Source: Clostridia bacterium (GTDB taxonomy: Bacteria; Bacillota; Clostridia; Christensenellales; Borkfalkiaceae). From it: DNA of 64,000 bases. A model generated the notes under the pieces. The model did no database searches and was not told the DNA's origin. It saw only the letters and a program-made list of their open reading frames with translations. Shown here piece by piece: positions 37,966 to 48,820 of this stretch (positions are counted from its first letter, which is position 1; every line of letters begins with the position of its first letter). The stretch spans positions 78,336-142,335 of the forward strand of contig CAAGME010000037.1 of assembly GCA_900770945.1 (NCBI GenBank), given 5' to 3'. A program made the position numbers and the translations under genes.

Positions 37966-40395
37966 TTACTTGACCGATTTTAAGTGCCAGATTTTGTCTA
38001 CGTATTCGCCTATCGCCCTGTCGGCGGAGAAGTATCCGCTTGCGGCAATGTTTCTTAAAGCCATAACGTTCCACTTCTTTTTGTCTTGATAATCGGCGTC
38101 GATTCTGTCCTTTGTTTCCTTGTAAGAATGGAAGTCCGCCATGCACATATAGGGGTCCGCAACGGGCGAGTTGGTCGTGAGATATTGTGCGAACAACTCA
38201 AAGCTTACGCCGTTAAAGCCGCGGCGCATGCTGTCGATAACGCGGTGAATGCGATAGTTGTTGTTATAGTACGACGACGCGTCGTAACCGTTCTTCCAGA
38301 TGTCCTCGACCTCGTTTGCGCGCAAGCCGAAAATGTAAATGTTATCCATTCCGACTTTTTCGCTCATCTCGACGTTTGCGCCGTCCATAGTGCCGACGGT
38401 AAGCGCGCCGTTTATCATGAACTTCATGTTGCCCGTGCCGCTTGCTTCTTTACCGGCGAGAGAAATCTGCTCTGAAAGCTCGGTTGCGGGCATCAAAAGC
38501 TCGGCGACCGTGACGGAATAGTTTTCAAGATACACTACCTTTATTTTGTCCCTTATCCTCTTGTCGGGATAATTGTCTATCTCGGCGGCAAGGCAGCAAA
38601 TAAGCTTGATGACCTGCTTTGCGAGAATGTAGCCGGGCGCGGCTTTCGCGCCGAAAATAAAGGTCTTGGGCTGCATTTCCATGTTCGGGTTGGCTTTTAA
38701 CTCTTCAAAGAGGTCGATTATATACATGGCGAACAAAAGCTGACGCTTGTATTCGTGCATACGCTTAGCCTGAACGTCGAACATAGAGGACGGGTCGATG
38801 ACGATATCGTTGTGTTTTTTGATGTATTCGGCGAGCTGCGTTTTCTTCTTTTTCTTTATCGCCTCTAACTTTTTAAGCACTGCGGCGTCGGTTTCGAAAG
38901 CCTTGAACTTTGCAAGCTCCTCGGAATTTTTAACAAAGCCGTCGCCTATGCACTCGGTCAAAAGCGAAGTGAGTTCCGGGTTAGCCTGGCACAGCCAGCG
39001 GCGGTGCGCGATGCCGTTGGTGACGTTAAGGAATTTGTCGGGAGTAAGCTCCGCAAAGTCCTTAAAGATACTCGTTTTGATTATGTCGGTGTGGAGCGCG
39101 GAAACGCCGTTTACCTTATGGCTGCCCAAAACGCTCAGATTAGCCATTCTTACTCTGCCGTAGCTTATTATCGACATGTGTTCGATTTTATCCCAATTGC
39201 CGGGGTATTTTTGCCAGAGTTCGGCGCAGAATCTCTGATTGATTTCTCTTATTATCGAATAAATTCTCGGCAATCTTCTCTGGATTAAGTCCTCGTTCCA
39301 TTCTTCCAAAGCTTCCGCCATAACCGTGTGGTTGGTGTAAGCTATCGTTCTCGAAGTCAAATCCCAAGCCTTTTCCCACGAATAGCCGTGTTCGTCCATA
39401 AGTAGGCGCATAAGTTCCGGCACGGAAAGCGCGGGGTGCGTGTCGTTGATGTGAATGGCGACTTTTTCCGGGAGATTATCGAACGTCTGATACCTGTTAT
39501 AATGATCTGCAAGAATGTTTTGCAAGGACGCCGAAACGAGCAAATACTGCTGTTTGAGCCTCAAAGACTTGCCCTCGAAGTGGTTATCCGACGGGTAAAG
39601 AACCTTGCTCAAAAGCTCGGCTTCGTTGTTTTCCTGCATGCAGCGCGCGTAATCGCCTTGCGAGAACCTATGCATATCGAATGTTTTAGTAGAGCGAGCC
39701 GCCCATAGCCTCAACACGGAAACGGCTTCGCTGTCTTTGCCGGAAATCATCATGTCATACGGCACGGCTTCGACTTCCGTTGCGTCTACGTGGTTAATTT
39801 TTACGCCTTTATCAGTCCAATTTTCTTCTATTCTGCCGTCGAATTTGACTTTGAAGGTTTTATCCGTTCTCTGTGTTAACCAGACTTCGCCGCCCGGGAG
39901 CCATTCGTCCGGAAGTTCCGTCTGCCAGCCGTCTACGATTTTCTGCTTGAAAAGCCCGTATTCGTATCTTATGGAGAAACCGTAAGTAGGATAGTTGCCC
40001 GTTGCGAGCGCGTCCATATAGCAAGCGGCAAGTCTGCCTAATCCGCCGTTTCCGAGACCCGCGTCCGGCTCCATTTCGTAAAGGTCGTCGAGCGTTACGC
40101 CGAAGCTCTTTAATGCCCCCGTAACAGCCGCCTCGATGCCGAGGTTGTATACGTTGTTTTTAAGCGATCTGCCGAGCAAAAACTCCATGCAGAGATAGTA
40201 TACCTTTTTGGATTTGTTCTTTTTTGTAATGTTGTGATAATTGTTGCGTTTTTCGAGGAGAATGTCTCTCACCGTCATAACGACGGCTTTGTAGAGTTGT
40301 TCCTTTGTACATTCCGCGGGAGCTACTCCGAAGTATCTCGTGAGCTTGCCCGTTATCGCTTCTTTGGCTTCCTTTTTAGTAAAATTTTCGTACAT
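37966..40395 (-). CDS. glgP: Glycogen/alpha-glucan phosphorylase
   Basis: EASGTGNMKFMINGALTVGTMDGANVEM PLP-binding signature; 809 aa. Confidence 0.95.
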   Translation of the reverse strand: MYENFTKKEAKEAITGKLTRYFGVAPAECTKEQLYKAVVMTVRDILLEKRNNYHNITKKNKSKKVYYLCMEFLLGRSLKNNVYNLGIEAAVTGALKSFGVTLDDLYEMEPDAGLGNGGLGRLAACYMDALATGNYPTYGFSIRYEYGLFKQKIVDGWQTELPDEWLPGGEVWLTQRTDKTFKVKFDGRIEENWTDKGVKINHVDATEVEAVPYDMMISGKDSEAVSVLRLWAARSTKTFDMHRFSQGDYARCMQENNEAELLSKVLYPSDNHFEGKSLRLKQQYLLVSASLQNILADHYNRYQTFDNLPEKVAIHINDTHPALSVPELMRLLMDEHGYSWEKAWDLTSRTIAYTNHTVMAEALEEWNEDLIQRRLPRIYSIIREINQRFCAELWQKYPGNWDKIEHMSIISYGRVRMANLSVLGSHKVNGVSALHTDIIKTSIFKDFAELTPDKFLNVTNGIAHRRWLCQANPELTSLLTECIGDGFVKNSEELAKFKAFETDAAVLKKLEAIKKKKKTQLAEYIKKHNDIVIDPSSMFDVQAKRMHEYKRQLLFAMYIIDLFEELKANPNMEMQPKTFIFGAKAAPGYILAKQVIKLICCLAAEIDNYPDKRIRDKIKVVYLENYSVTVAELLMPATELSEQISLAGKEASGTGNMKFMINGALTVGTMDGANVEMSEKVGMDNIYIFGLRANEVEDIWKNGYDASSYYNNNYRIHRVIDSMRRGFNGVSFELFAQYLTTNSPVADPYMCMADFHSYKETKDRIDADYQDKKKWNVMALRNIAASGYFSADRAIGEYVDKIWHLKSVK

Positions 40396-40539
40396 ACAAA
40401 CTTTTGATACCCTTGAATACGGGCAAGATTAAAGCGCGCGCAAACAGGCTTTTTAAAAAGCCCGATTGTTCGTCTTCATTCTTGCCCCTAATCTTTCCTT
40501 ATATCCTGATTCAAATATTCTAAAACTTAATTTTTTAAC

Positions 40540-42555
40540 TTACTTAAATAAATCGTATAATTTTTCGTATTCCGCGGCGGATTTTTTCCAGCTGAAATCG
40601 GTCGTCATGGCACATTTTACGATTTTGTTCCATTCTTCCTTGTTGCCGTAAGTATAAATGGCGTCTTTCAAAACGTAAAGCATTTCATGCGCGTTGTAGT
40701 TTGAAAAAGCAAACCCGTTGCCGCCTTTTCTGTCGGTATTGTAAGCGGTTATACTGTCGTTCAAACCGCCCGTTCTTCTGACAACAGGAACGGTGCCGTA
40801 ACGGCAAGCTATCATCTGCGAAAGCCCGCAAGGCTCTTGCTTTGACGGCATTAAGAATATATCCGCGCCCGAGTAAATTTTAGACGAAAGGTCCTTGTTG
40901 TAAGCTATTATCGTCTTGCATTTTCCTCTGTAATTATCGGCGATATAACCAAAATAACCTTCGTAATAAGCTTCGCCCTTACCGAGTATAACGACCTGAA
41001 CGTTTTCCGCCAAAAGTTCTTCGAGAATGCATTTTACGAGGTCAAGCCCCTTGTGCGCGACGAGGCGGGAAATTATCGCGATGACGGGAACGTCCGCCCT
41101 TTCCGGGAGACCGAGCATTTTTTGAAGTTCGGCTTTGCAGACGGCTTTGCCGCTCATATCGCTCACCGAGTAGTTTTTAAAAAGAGCTTTATCCGTTTCG
41201 GGGTTGTAAACTTCTTCGCTTATGCCGTTCAAAATACCTATTATCTTGCCCGCGTTGTCGTTAATCGCGTACTGAAGTCCGTGCGCAAAATATTCGTTTT
41301 TAATCTCTTCCGCATAAGTTTTAGAAACCGTGGTGACGTAATCGGAAAGCTGAATCGCACCCTTCATGAGGTTCAAACAGCCGTCGTAATCGAGCGCGGG
41401 TTCGACGTCATAGGGAAGCCCGAACAAATCTTCCAAAATTTCCTTGCCGTACTTTCCCTGATATTCTATATTATGAATAGTGAAAATCGCTCTGATATGG
41501 TCGAAGCCCCAACGGTTAGCGTATATGGTTTTAAGGTATATAACGGCGAGCGCGGTCTGCCAATCGTGGCAATGCATGACGTCCGGATACCAATTCATAT
41601 ACTGCATAGCTTCAAGCACCGCGCGCGAGAAGAAAGCAAACCTTTCGCCGTCGTCATAGTGACCGTAAAGAGTCGGGCGACGGAAGTAATATTCGTTGTC
41701 GATGAAAAGATATGTTACGCCCTTTCTCTTATAAGAGAAAAGCCCGCAATACTGATTTCTCCAACCGACGGGAACGTTGAAGTTGCCGATATACGTAAGG
41801 TGATTTCTGTACCCCTCGTCCATTGTTCCGTAAAGGGGCAAAATAACCCTGACGTCGTAGTTGCCGCGTTCGGAAATGGCTAAGGGGAGAGACCCGATAA
41901 CGTCCGCAAGTCCGCCGGTGCCGACAAAGGGATTACATTCGGAAGCTACAAACAAAAGCGAACGCTTGCGAACAACTTCCACCTCTATATCCTTTTGTTG
42001 ACTTTCGGCTTGTTCTTTATTCTCTTCGGGAACGATTTTTTCCGCTTCCTCTTCTTTTAATTGCTTTTCGGCAAGCTTTTCTTCTATCTTTTCGTTTTCC
42101 TTTTCGGCTTTTTCAACGGCTTTTTCTTCGAGTTTTACCTCTTCCTTATCCGTCTTTTCAAGCTTCTTTTGAACCTTTTTCGCTACCTTTTCGGCTGCTT
42201 TTTTCTGTTTTTCGTCCGTCTTTTCAACAGTCTTTTTCTGCTTTTCGGGCGCAAGAACGACCGTGGCTTCTTCCTTTTTTGCCGCTTCTTTCTTTTGAAC
42301 TTTTTCTTCGGTTTTTACCTTAACTTCAGCCGCTTTTTCAATCTTTTTTTCTTCCTTTTTAACGGCAGCCGCTTCTGAATTCTTTGCTTTTTTGACTTCT
42401 TCTTTAACTTCTTCTACCGCTTTCTCTGTTGCCTTTTCGACCGCTTTAACGGTCTTTTCTGCCTGTTTTTCGTCCTTTTTGACTTGTTTTGCTTTTTTAA
42501 TAGACATTTTTTTACCTCTCTTTGGCTTTTTTGGAGCCGTATTTTTTTTATGCAA
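40540..42555 (-). CDS. glgA: Glycogen synthase with a ~190-aa Lys/Glu-rich low-complexity N-terminal extension
   Basis: Core begins RSLLFVASECNPFVGTGGLADV (the GlgA KTGGL motif). In-frame upstream are 190 aa of K/E/A/V low complexity starting at ATG 42555. An alternative GTG at ~41988 preceded by AAGGA would give a canonical-length GlgA. Confidence 0.85.
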   Translation of the reverse strand: MHKKNTAPKKPKRGKKMSIKKAKQVKKDEKQAEKTVKAVEKATEKAVEEVKEEVKKAKNSEAAAVKKEEKKIEKAAEVKVKTEEKVQKKEAAKKEEATVVLAPEKQKKTVEKTDEKQKKAAEKVAKKVQKKLEKTDKEEVKLEEKAVEKAEKENEKIEEKLAEKQLKEEEAEKIVPEENKEQAESQQKDIEVEVVRKRSLLFVASECNPFVGTGGLADVIGSLPLAISERGNYDVRVILPLYGTMDEGYRNHLTYIGNFNVPVGWRNQYCGLFSYKRKGVTYLFIDNEYYFRRPTLYGHYDDGERFAFFSRAVLEAMQYMNWYPDVMHCHDWQTALAVIYLKTIYANRWGFDHIRAIFTIHNIEYQGKYGKEILEDLFGLPYDVEPALDYDGCLNLMKGAIQLSDYVTTVSKTYAEEIKNEYFAHGLQYAINDNAGKIIGILNGISEEVYNPETDKALFKNYSVSDMSGKAVCKAELQKMLGLPERADVPVIAIISRLVAHKGLDLVKCILEELLAENVQVVILGKGEAYYEGYFGYIADNYRGKCKTIIAYNKDLSSKIYSGADIFLMPSKQEPCGLSQMIACRYGTVPVVRRTGGLNDSITAYNTDRKGGNGFAFSNYNAHEMLYVLKDAIYTYGNKEEWNKIVKCAMTTDFSWKKSAAEYEKLYDLFK

Positions 42556-42605
42556 CCGGCTAAGACTTTTTTAGCCTTAGCCGAATGTAAACGTGTTAAA
42601 ATGTA

Positions 42606-43718
42606 CTAAATTATAGTATCTTTGGATATGTAGAACGGGTGAGTGTCCGCGCCAGAAAGCACGCGCTTATCTCTCACGACTACGTTTTTGTCCGTAACCA
42701 CGCAGTTAAGCGTAACGTTTTCGCCCGTAAAGGTGTTCTTCATTATAACGCTGTCGCGTATAACCGTTCCTCTGCCTACTTTTACGCCGCGGTATAAAAC
42801 GCTGTTGTAAACTTCGCCCTCGATGACGCAACCGTCGGATATGAGCGAGTTTTTAACGATGGCGTTTTCGCCGTAAACGGTAGGCGCGGAATCTTTAACC
42901 TTAGTGTAAATCCCCGCTCCGCCGAAAAGCTTTTGCATGACTTTTCTGTCCAAAAGCCCCAAGTTGACCTTGTAAAACCTTGTGAGCGACGAGATTTCTT
43001 CAAAGTAACCGTCGTGGCGATAACCCATGATTTTGAGTTCGCCGAGCTGATTGACTATCATATCCTTAATAAAGTGCCTTTGCCCGTGCGCTATTGCGTC
43101 GCTGACGATAGAAACGAGCAAATCCTTTTTCATGAGTATTATGTTGCCGTAAAGGTTGACCGTGCCTTGCATTCTCGGGTCGGTCAAAATCTCTTTTACG
43201 TTGTCTTCCCTGTCGAGCTTTAAGACAACGTTGTTTGTCCCCGAAATATCCGCGCTCTGCTTTTTGCAATAAAGCATGGTAATATCCGCGCCGGAAAGTT
43301 CGTGCTGACGGAACATCGGCGTGTAATCTACGGAATAAACCGCGTTGGAATCGGACAAAAGTATGTACTTTTCTTCGCAACGCATGATGAAACCGAGAAC
43401 GGTTTTCAATGCTTCCAATCTCGTTCCGTAAAGGGAAGTGGATTCCTTTTCGCCGAACGGAGGAAGGAGAACGAAGCCGCCGTTTCTGCGCGCTAAGTCC
43501 CAATCCTTACCGCTGCCTACATGGTCCATCAGCGAACGATAGTTGCGCTTAGTGATAACGCCGACATGCGTTATTCCCGAGTTGACCATTGCGGAAAGCG
43601 GAAAGTCTATAAGGCGGTATCTGCCGCCGAACGGTATTGCCGCAACAGTTCTGTTCATCGTTAGTTCCGGCACGTTGTTATCGTGTATGTTTGAAAAAAT
43701 CAATCCTAATGCGTTCAT
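42606..43718 (-). CDS. glgD: Glucose-1-phosphate adenylyltransferase, GlgD regulatory subunit
   Basis: Homologous to GlgC but lacks the catalytic N-terminal GGxGxRL motif; C-terminal left-handed beta-helix; sits between glgC and glgA as in Bacillus. Confidence 0.85.
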   Translation of the reverse strand: MNALGLIFSNIHDNNVPELTMNRTVAAIPFGGRYRLIDFPLSAMVNSGITHVGVITKRNYRSLMDHVGSGKDWDLARRNGGFVLLPPFGEKESTSLYGTRLEALKTVLGFIMRCEEKYILLSDSNAVYSVDYTPMFRQHELSGADITMLYCKKQSADISGTNNVVLKLDREDNVKEILTDPRMQGTVNLYGNIILMKKDLLVSIVSDAIAHGQRHFIKDMIVNQLGELKIMGYRHDGYFEEISSLTRFYKVNLGLLDRKVMQKLFGGAGIYTKVKDSAPTVYGENAIVKNSLISDGCVIEGEVYNSVLYRGVKVGRGTVIRDSVIMKNTFTGENVTLNCVVTDKNVVVRDKRVLSGADTHPFYISKDTII

Positions 43719-43789
43719 ATATTTTTACTCCCTGATTTTTTAGGTGGGCTATTTTGAGAATACTCTTAACAAGCAAGCAGAGCCGTGCG

Positions 43790-43934
43790 GCAAGCGAGTT
43801 GAAAATTGAAAATGGAAAATTGAAAATTGCGGATACAAATATTATATAAAAAATTCGTCCTTAATTTTTAACTTTCAACTTTCACCTTTCAACTTACGCC
43901 GCGTAAGCGCATTGCCGCTATACGCACTCAAAGC
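43790..43934. repeat. Third copy of the intergenic repeat family (glgD leader), AT-rich TTGAAA inverted-repeat module
   Basis: gagttgaaaattgaaaatggaaaattgaaaattgcgg…tatataaaaaattcgtccttaatttttaactttcaactttcacctttcaactt, then …ttgccgctatacgcact. Confidence 0.75.
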
Positions 43935-45113
43935 TCAAAGTTCTACCATTTCGCCTTTTTCGATGACCGCGTTGTCTTCCACTTTGTATTCGCGCCCGAC
44001 AACGGCGATATCCTTTTCGTCGTTTAAGCTTCCGACTACTGCCTTTTTGCCGACCGAAACCTGTTCGTCGATAATGGCGCATTCTATTCTCGCATCCTCT
44101 TCGATAACGGTATCGCTGAAAATAACGCTGTTTTTGACTACCGCGCCTTTCTTTATCACCACGTTATTGGAAAGCACGGAATTTTCCACTTCGCCCTCGA
44201 TGACGCAGCCGAGCGAAACTATGCTGTTTATGACCTTGCCGTTTTCGCCGATGTAATGCGGAGGCGCGATAGGATTGCGGGAATGAAGTCTCCAACCGGT
44301 ATCCGTAATGTCAAATTCCGGTCTTTCGCCCAAAAGGTCCATGTTCGCGTCGTAAAGCGAAGCGATTGTACCTACGTCCTTCCAGTATCCCGAAAAACTG
44401 TACGCAAACATCTTTTCGCCGGCGTTGAGCATTGCGGGAAGCACGTTTTTGCCGAAATCGTTCTGCGAAGCGGGGTTTTCGTCGTCCTCTTCGAGATACT
44501 TATAAAGTTTTTCGGCGGTGAATATGTATATGCCCATAGAAGCAAGAGTACTCTTCGGCTTTTTGGGCTTTTCTTCGAATTCGTAAATACTGCCGTCCGC
44601 ATTAGTGTTTAAGATGCCGAAGCGGGAAGCGTCCGCAAGAGGAACTTCGTATGCGGCGATGGTGCAAGCCGCGCCCGTTCTTATATGCTCGGCAAGCATT
44701 TTGGAATAATTCATTTTATAAATGTGGTCGCCCGAAAGGATAAGCACGAATTCCGGGTTATACATTTTTATGAAGGGCAAGTTCTGATAAATGGCGTTTG
44801 CCGTGCCTTTATACCAATCGCTTCCCCTTTTTGCCTGGTACGGCGAGAGAATATGCACGCCGCCGAAAGAGCGGTCGAGATCCCACGGCTGACCGTTACC
44901 AATGTACTCGTTTAAAACGAGCGGCTGATACTGCGTAAGCACGCCTACCGTATCTATGCCGGAATTGATGCAGTTTGAAAGAGGAAAATCGATAATTCTG
45001 TACTTTCCGCCAAACGGCACCGCCGGCTTTGCTATACGGCTTGTAAGCGCGTAAAGTCTGGAACCTTGCCCACCGGCAAGGAGCATTGCTACACATTCTT
45101 TTTTCATTGACAT
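43935..45113 (-). CDS. glgC: Glucose-1-phosphate adenylyltransferase
   Basis: [13 protein letters not shown] nucleotide-binding motif; [14 protein letters not shown]. Confidence 0.95.
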   Translation of the reverse strand: MSMKKECVAMLLAGGQGSRLYALTSRIAKPAVPFGGKYRIIDFPLSNCINSGIDTVGVLTQYQPLVLNEYIGNGQPWDLDRSFGGVHILSPYQAKRGSDWYKGTANAIYQNLPFIKMYNPEFVLILSGDHIYKMNYSKMLAEHIRTGAACTIAAYEVPLADASRFGILNTNADGSIYEFEEKPKKPKSTLASMGIYIFTAEKLYKYLEEDDENPASQNDFGKNVLPAMLNAGEKMFAYSFSGYWKDVGTIASLYDANMDLLGERPEFDITDTGWRLHSRNPIAPPHYIGENGKVINSIVSLGCVIEGEVENSVLSNNVVIKKGAVVKNSVIFSDTVIEEDARIECAIIDEQVSVGKKAVVGSLNDEKDIAVVGREYKVEDNAVIEKGEMVEL

Positions 45114-45149
45114 AAAATATCACTCCGATTTATTTTATCATATATTTTA

Positions 45150-45295
45150 TCTTTGCATTTCTCGTAGCTTGCTGTCAGAGCCTTGAGCGCGGAGAGTGGT
45201 GCATAGACGGGCAACAGGTGACAGCGAACGACAGGCGCGTACTAAAACGTACGTAACTAAAGCGGCGTTTAAGCACGTAGCCCGTATATGGGCCG
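45150..45295. repeat. Fourth copy of the intergenic repeat family (glgC leader), GC-rich module only
   Basis: gcggagagtggtgcatagacgggcaacaggtgacagcgaacgacaggcgcgtactaaaacgtacgtaact…gggccgctatacacg is near-identical to 29619-29727. Confidence 0.75.
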
Positions 45296-47200
45296 CTATA
45301 CACGTTCAAGATACATGAAAGATAAGGGTACGAGGTTAACTTTTATACTTTTCTTTTTGCCGTGCATAGGTTTGCGGTTGGCTACAAATTCCTTTTTGCG
45401 GAAGGTGCCGTCGCCGCCGTAAAACTTGGAGTCGGAACTGAATCTGACGACATATTGTCTGCCGTCCACGCCTACGCGGTAATCGCGCAAGGTAAGCCCC
45501 GAAAAGTTGATTATGCACAAAAGTTCTTTTCCGCTTACGCCCCTGCGGACGAAAGCCAAAACGTTGTTGGTCGAATCGTCGGCGATAGTCCATTCGAACC
45601 CGTCCCACGATTTTTCTATCGACCAAAGCTCGTCGTTATCGCGATAAAACGCATTGAGTTCTCTGAAAAATCTATTGGCGAGCGCGTTTTCTTTACGTTT
45701 TAAAAGCTCGAATTCAAGACCTTTTGCAAAATTCCATTCGTTGTACTGGTCGAATTCCTGCCCCATGAACATAAGTTTTTTGCCGGGGTGAGCCATCATA
45801 TATCCCATGAACGCGCGTACGCCCGCATGCTGCATTTTTTCGTCGCCCGGCATTTTGTTGAAAAGCGAACGTTTGCCGTAAACAACTTCGTCATGCGAAA
45901 CGGGGAGAATAAAGTTTTCGCTGAAAGCATACATCATGGAAAAAGTGAGCTTATTGTGGCAACCGCCTCTGAACAGGGGGTCGGTGGAAACGTAAGAAAG
46001 TACGTCGTTCATCCAACCCATGTTCCATTTAAAGTTGAAGCCCAAGCCGCCGATTGAAGCGGGCATCGTAACCATCGGGAAAGCCGTGGATTCTTCGGCA
46101 ATCATTAGCGCGTACGGATACTGAGCGAAAACCGCGCTGTTCAACTGTTGCAAAAACTCAACCGCTTCGAGGTTGATGTTCGTACCCTTTTCGTTGGGCT
46201 TCCATTCGCCATTTTTTCTGTCGTAATCGAGATAGAGCATGGAAGCGACCGCGTCCACCCTTATGCCGTCGATGCCGTAAACGTCGAAGTAGAAAAGCGC
46301 AGACGAAATAAGGAAAGACCTTACTTCCTTTTTCCCGAAGTCGAAAACACGCGTACCCCACGATTTGTGTTCCTTTTTAAACTCATCGGCATACTCGTAC
46401 AAACAGGTCCCGTCAAACTCGTAAAGACCGTGTTCGTCTTTCGGGAAGTGCGCGGGTACCCAATCGAGAATAACGCCTATTCCGCTGTTATGGAAAGCGT
46501 CTATAAGGCTTTTAAAGTCCTCGGGAGTGCCGAATCGCGAAGTCACGCCGAAGTACCCCGTCACCTGATAACCCCACGAGCCGTCGTAAGGATATTCCGA
46601 AACGGGCATAAATTCGACATGCGTATAGTTCATGCGCTTAACGTAAGGAACAAGTTCTCTTTCGAGTTCTTTATACGAAAGATACGAGCCGTCCTCTTTC
46701 CTTTTCCAGGAAGCGAGGTTGACTTCGTAAATATTGACGGGCGAAGCGTAAGGGGTGTAATTTTTGCGCTGTTCCTCGTACCAGACCGCCTTGCTCGTAA
46801 GCTTTTCTACGTCGTAAAGTTTTGAAGCCGTTGCGGGCGCGGTTTCCGCATGGTATGCGTAAGGGTCAGCTTTAAGGACCGTCTTTTTGCCGCAAGTGAC
46901 GGCGTACTTATAGTTGTCATACTTGCGCAAGCCTTTAACGGATATTTCCCAGGTTTCCCCGTCCTCCGTTTTGTGAAGCGGGTTCTTTCCGACACCCCAG
47001 TCGTTAAAGTCCCCGACTAAGCTTACGGCGTCGGCATGCGGCGCCCAAACCCTGAAAACGACGCAACTTTCCTTGCGGTCGAAGTGCGCGCCGAAATACT
47101 TATAAGCGCGATAGTTTGTACCCTGATGAAAAAGGTAAAGCGGCAAATCGGGACTTTCCGCGGAGGGATTATTCATTTTGAGAGTGCGCTTTGAAGCCAT
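45296..47200 (-). CDS. glgB: 1,4-alpha-glucan branching enzyme
   Basis: GH13 regions ILDWVPAHF, GIDGIRVDAVASMLY, AEESTA. Start set to MASKR at 47200 (GGAG RBS, 5-nt spacer). Confidence 0.9.
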   Translation of the reverse strand: MASKRTLKMNNPSAESPDLPLYLFHQGTNYRAYKYFGAHFDRKESCVVFRVWAPHADAVSLVGDFNDWGVGKNPLHKTEDGETWEISVKGLRKYDNYKYAVTCGKKTVLKADPYAYHAETAPATASKLYDVEKLTSKAVWYEEQRKNYTPYASPVNIYEVNLASWKRKEDGSYLSYKELERELVPYVKRMNYTHVEFMPVSEYPYDGSWGYQVTGYFGVTSRFGTPEDFKSLIDAFHNSGIGVILDWVPAHFPKDEHGLYEFDGTCLYEYADEFKKEHKSWGTRVFDFGKKEVRSFLISSALFYFDVYGIDGIRVDAVASMLYLDYDRKNGEWKPNEKGTNINLEAVEFLQQLNSAVFAQYPYALMIAEESTAFPMVTMPASIGGLGFNFKWNMGWMNDVLSYVSTDPLFRGGCHNKLTFSMMYAFSENFILPVSHDEVVYGKRSLFNKMPGDEKMQHAGVRAFMGYMMAHPGKKLMFMGQEFDQYNEWNFAKGLEFELLKRKENALANRFFRELNAFYRDNDELWSIEKSWDGFEWTIADDSTNNVLAFVRRGVSGKELLCIINFSGLTLRDYRVGVDGRQYVVRFSSDSKFYGGDGTFRKKEFVANRKPMHGKKKSIKVNLVPLSFMYLERV

Positions 47201-47407
47201 ATCTTCTCCAGTAAGCGTCCGACCGGGGTTGCCGGGCAAACGCATTGTAATTTAGTAATCTTTTTTTGTTTTTTGTGTTTATTTTTTTAGCCGTTACTGT
47301 GTACTTAAGTATACACGAAACGGCGGAAAAATTCAAGACGTTTTGCGAGATTTAACAGCCGAAAAGCGAATTTTTGGTTATTTTACACATAAAATCCGCC
47401 GTTAATT

Positions 47408-48115
47408 TTACATGCCGCCGTCAACCGAGAGTATCTGCCCCGTGACGTACGCGTTTTCGAGCAGAAACAACACTGCGGAAGCGACTTCCTCCGCCGTGCC
47501 GACGCGCGGAATGCTAAGACCTTCGCAAAATTCTTTCACGTCATTTTCGGAAAGATGAGCGTTCATCTTTGTGTCGATAAACCCGGGAGCAACGGCGTTG
47601 ACGGTAACGTTCGACAAGCCGACTTCCCTCGAAAGGGCTTTCGTCAAGGCGTTAATCGCGCCCTTCGTTGCCGAATAAGCAACCTCGCACGAGCCGCCTA
47701 CGACTCCCCACACGGAGGAAACGTTGACTATGCGCCCGCGCTTTTCGCTTATCATATCGGGCAGGGCTTGCTTTATGCAATTGAACGTCCCCGTGACGTT
47801 GACAGCGAAAAGGTTTTCAAGCTCTTCCGTTTTTACGTCGGTTATGACCTTTTGCGGCAAGGCTATCCCGGCGCAGTTTATAAGCGCGTAAATTTTGCCG
47901 AATTTTTTACGAACGGTATCGAAAGCTTCTTTCACGCTCTGCTCGCTTTTAACGTCGCAATAAACAGCGAAAAACCCGAAGTCTTTTTCAAGTTCTTCGG
48001 CGGCGGTTTTATTTGAAAAGTATGTGATAACGACGTTATAGCCCGACTTTTGCAAAACTTTTGCTATCGCCGAGCCCAAGCCGCCGTTGCCGCCCGTAAC
48101 AATTACGTTCTTCAT
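47408..48115 (-). CDS. SDR-family oxidoreductase, FabG-like 3-oxoacyl-ACP reductase
   Basis: Start reset to MKNVIVTGGNGGLGSAIA at 48115 (AAGGGG RBS). TGGxxGxG, NAAG, YxxxK (YSATKGAI) motifs. The 86-aa Arg-rich N-extension in the track is antisense of the efp terminator region. Confidence 0.8.
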   Translation of the reverse strand: MKNVIVTGGNGGLGSAIAKVLQKSGYNVVITYFSNKTAAEELEKDFGFFAVYCDVKSEQSVKEAFDTVRKKFGKIYALINCAGIALPQKVITDVKTEELENLFAVNVTGTFNCIKQALPDMISEKRGRIVNVSSVWGVVGGSCEVAYSATKGAINALTKALSREVGLSNVTVNAVAPGFIDTKMNAHLSENDVKEFCEGLSIPRVGTAEEVASAVLFLLENAYVTGQILSVDGGM

Positions 48116-48132
48116 TTCGTAAGCCCCTTTCG

Positions 48133-48172
48133 AGTTTTTAAAAAAGGCAAAAGCCCGACGCAAAAGTCGGGC
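48133..48172 (-). terminator. Rho-independent terminator downstream of efp
   Basis: gcccgac-ttttgcg-tcgggc followed by a U-run on the minus strand. Confidence 0.6.
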
Positions 48173-48180
48173 GTATAAAC

Positions 48181-48741
48181 TTACTTTTTGACGCGTTCCA
48201 TGTATTCGCCGGTACGGGTATCGATTCTGATAACGTCGCCTTCGTTGACGAACATCGGCACCTGAATGGTAACGCCCGTTTCGAGAGTTGCGTTCTTGGT
48301 GGCGTTGGTTGCGGTGTTGCCCGCTACGCCCGGTTCGGATTCGGTAACTAAAAGTTCGACGAAATTTTCGCAATCTACGGAGAAAGCTTTACCCTTGTAG
48401 AATTTGACGGTAACGGGGTCGTTTTCCTTAATCCACTGCAAAGCGTCTTCCACCTGTTCGTAGCTAAGCGGCTCCATGTTATATTCTTCGTCCATAAAAT
48501 AGTAAAGACCGCCGTCGTTATAGGAATAAGTCATCTTTTTGGTTTCGATAACCGCATTTTCGACTTTTTCGGTCGGGTTGAAAGTTTTTTCCAAAACGGC
48601 GCCCGTAATGATGTTTTTGAGCCTTGTTCTTACGAAAGCCGCGCCCTTGCCCGGTTTAACGTGCTGGAAGTCTACTATAACGTAGATGTTGCCTTCGTAT
48701 TCGATGGTGACGCCTTTTCTGAAATCGCCTGCTTGTACCAT
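48181..48741 (-). CDS. efp: Elongation factor P
   Basis: [43 protein letters not shown]; 186 aa. Confidence 0.95.
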   Translation of the reverse strand: MVQAGDFRKGVTIEYEGNIYVIVDFQHVKPGKGAAFVRTRLKNIITGAVLEKTFNPTEKVENAVIETKKMTYSYNDGGLYYFMDEEYNMEPLSYEQVEDALQWIKENDPVTVKFYKGKAFSVDCENFVELLVTESEPGVAGNTATNATKNATLETGVTIQVPMFVNEGDVIRIDTRTGEYMERVKK

Positions 48742-48820
48742 AATTTATCTCCTGATAAGTAAAATGTTTTTATTTTTGCGGCGCGGCGCGCCGACTTTTT
48801 AATAGTTTTTAGTGTAAAAA

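Noticed and set aside
42061-42378. F/L-rich 105-aa plus-strand ORF and neighbouring 60-aa ORF (42392-42574)
   Set aside because: Antisense shadow of the AAG/GAA-rich Lys/Glu-repeat region of glgA; low-complexity Phe/Leu translation is the expected artefact.
48116-48373. Arg-rich 86-aa N-terminal extension of the SDR ORF
   Set aside because: It covers the efp terminator hairpin and has no RBS; the canonical SDR N-terminus (MKNVIVTGG) with an AAGGGG RBS starts at 48115.
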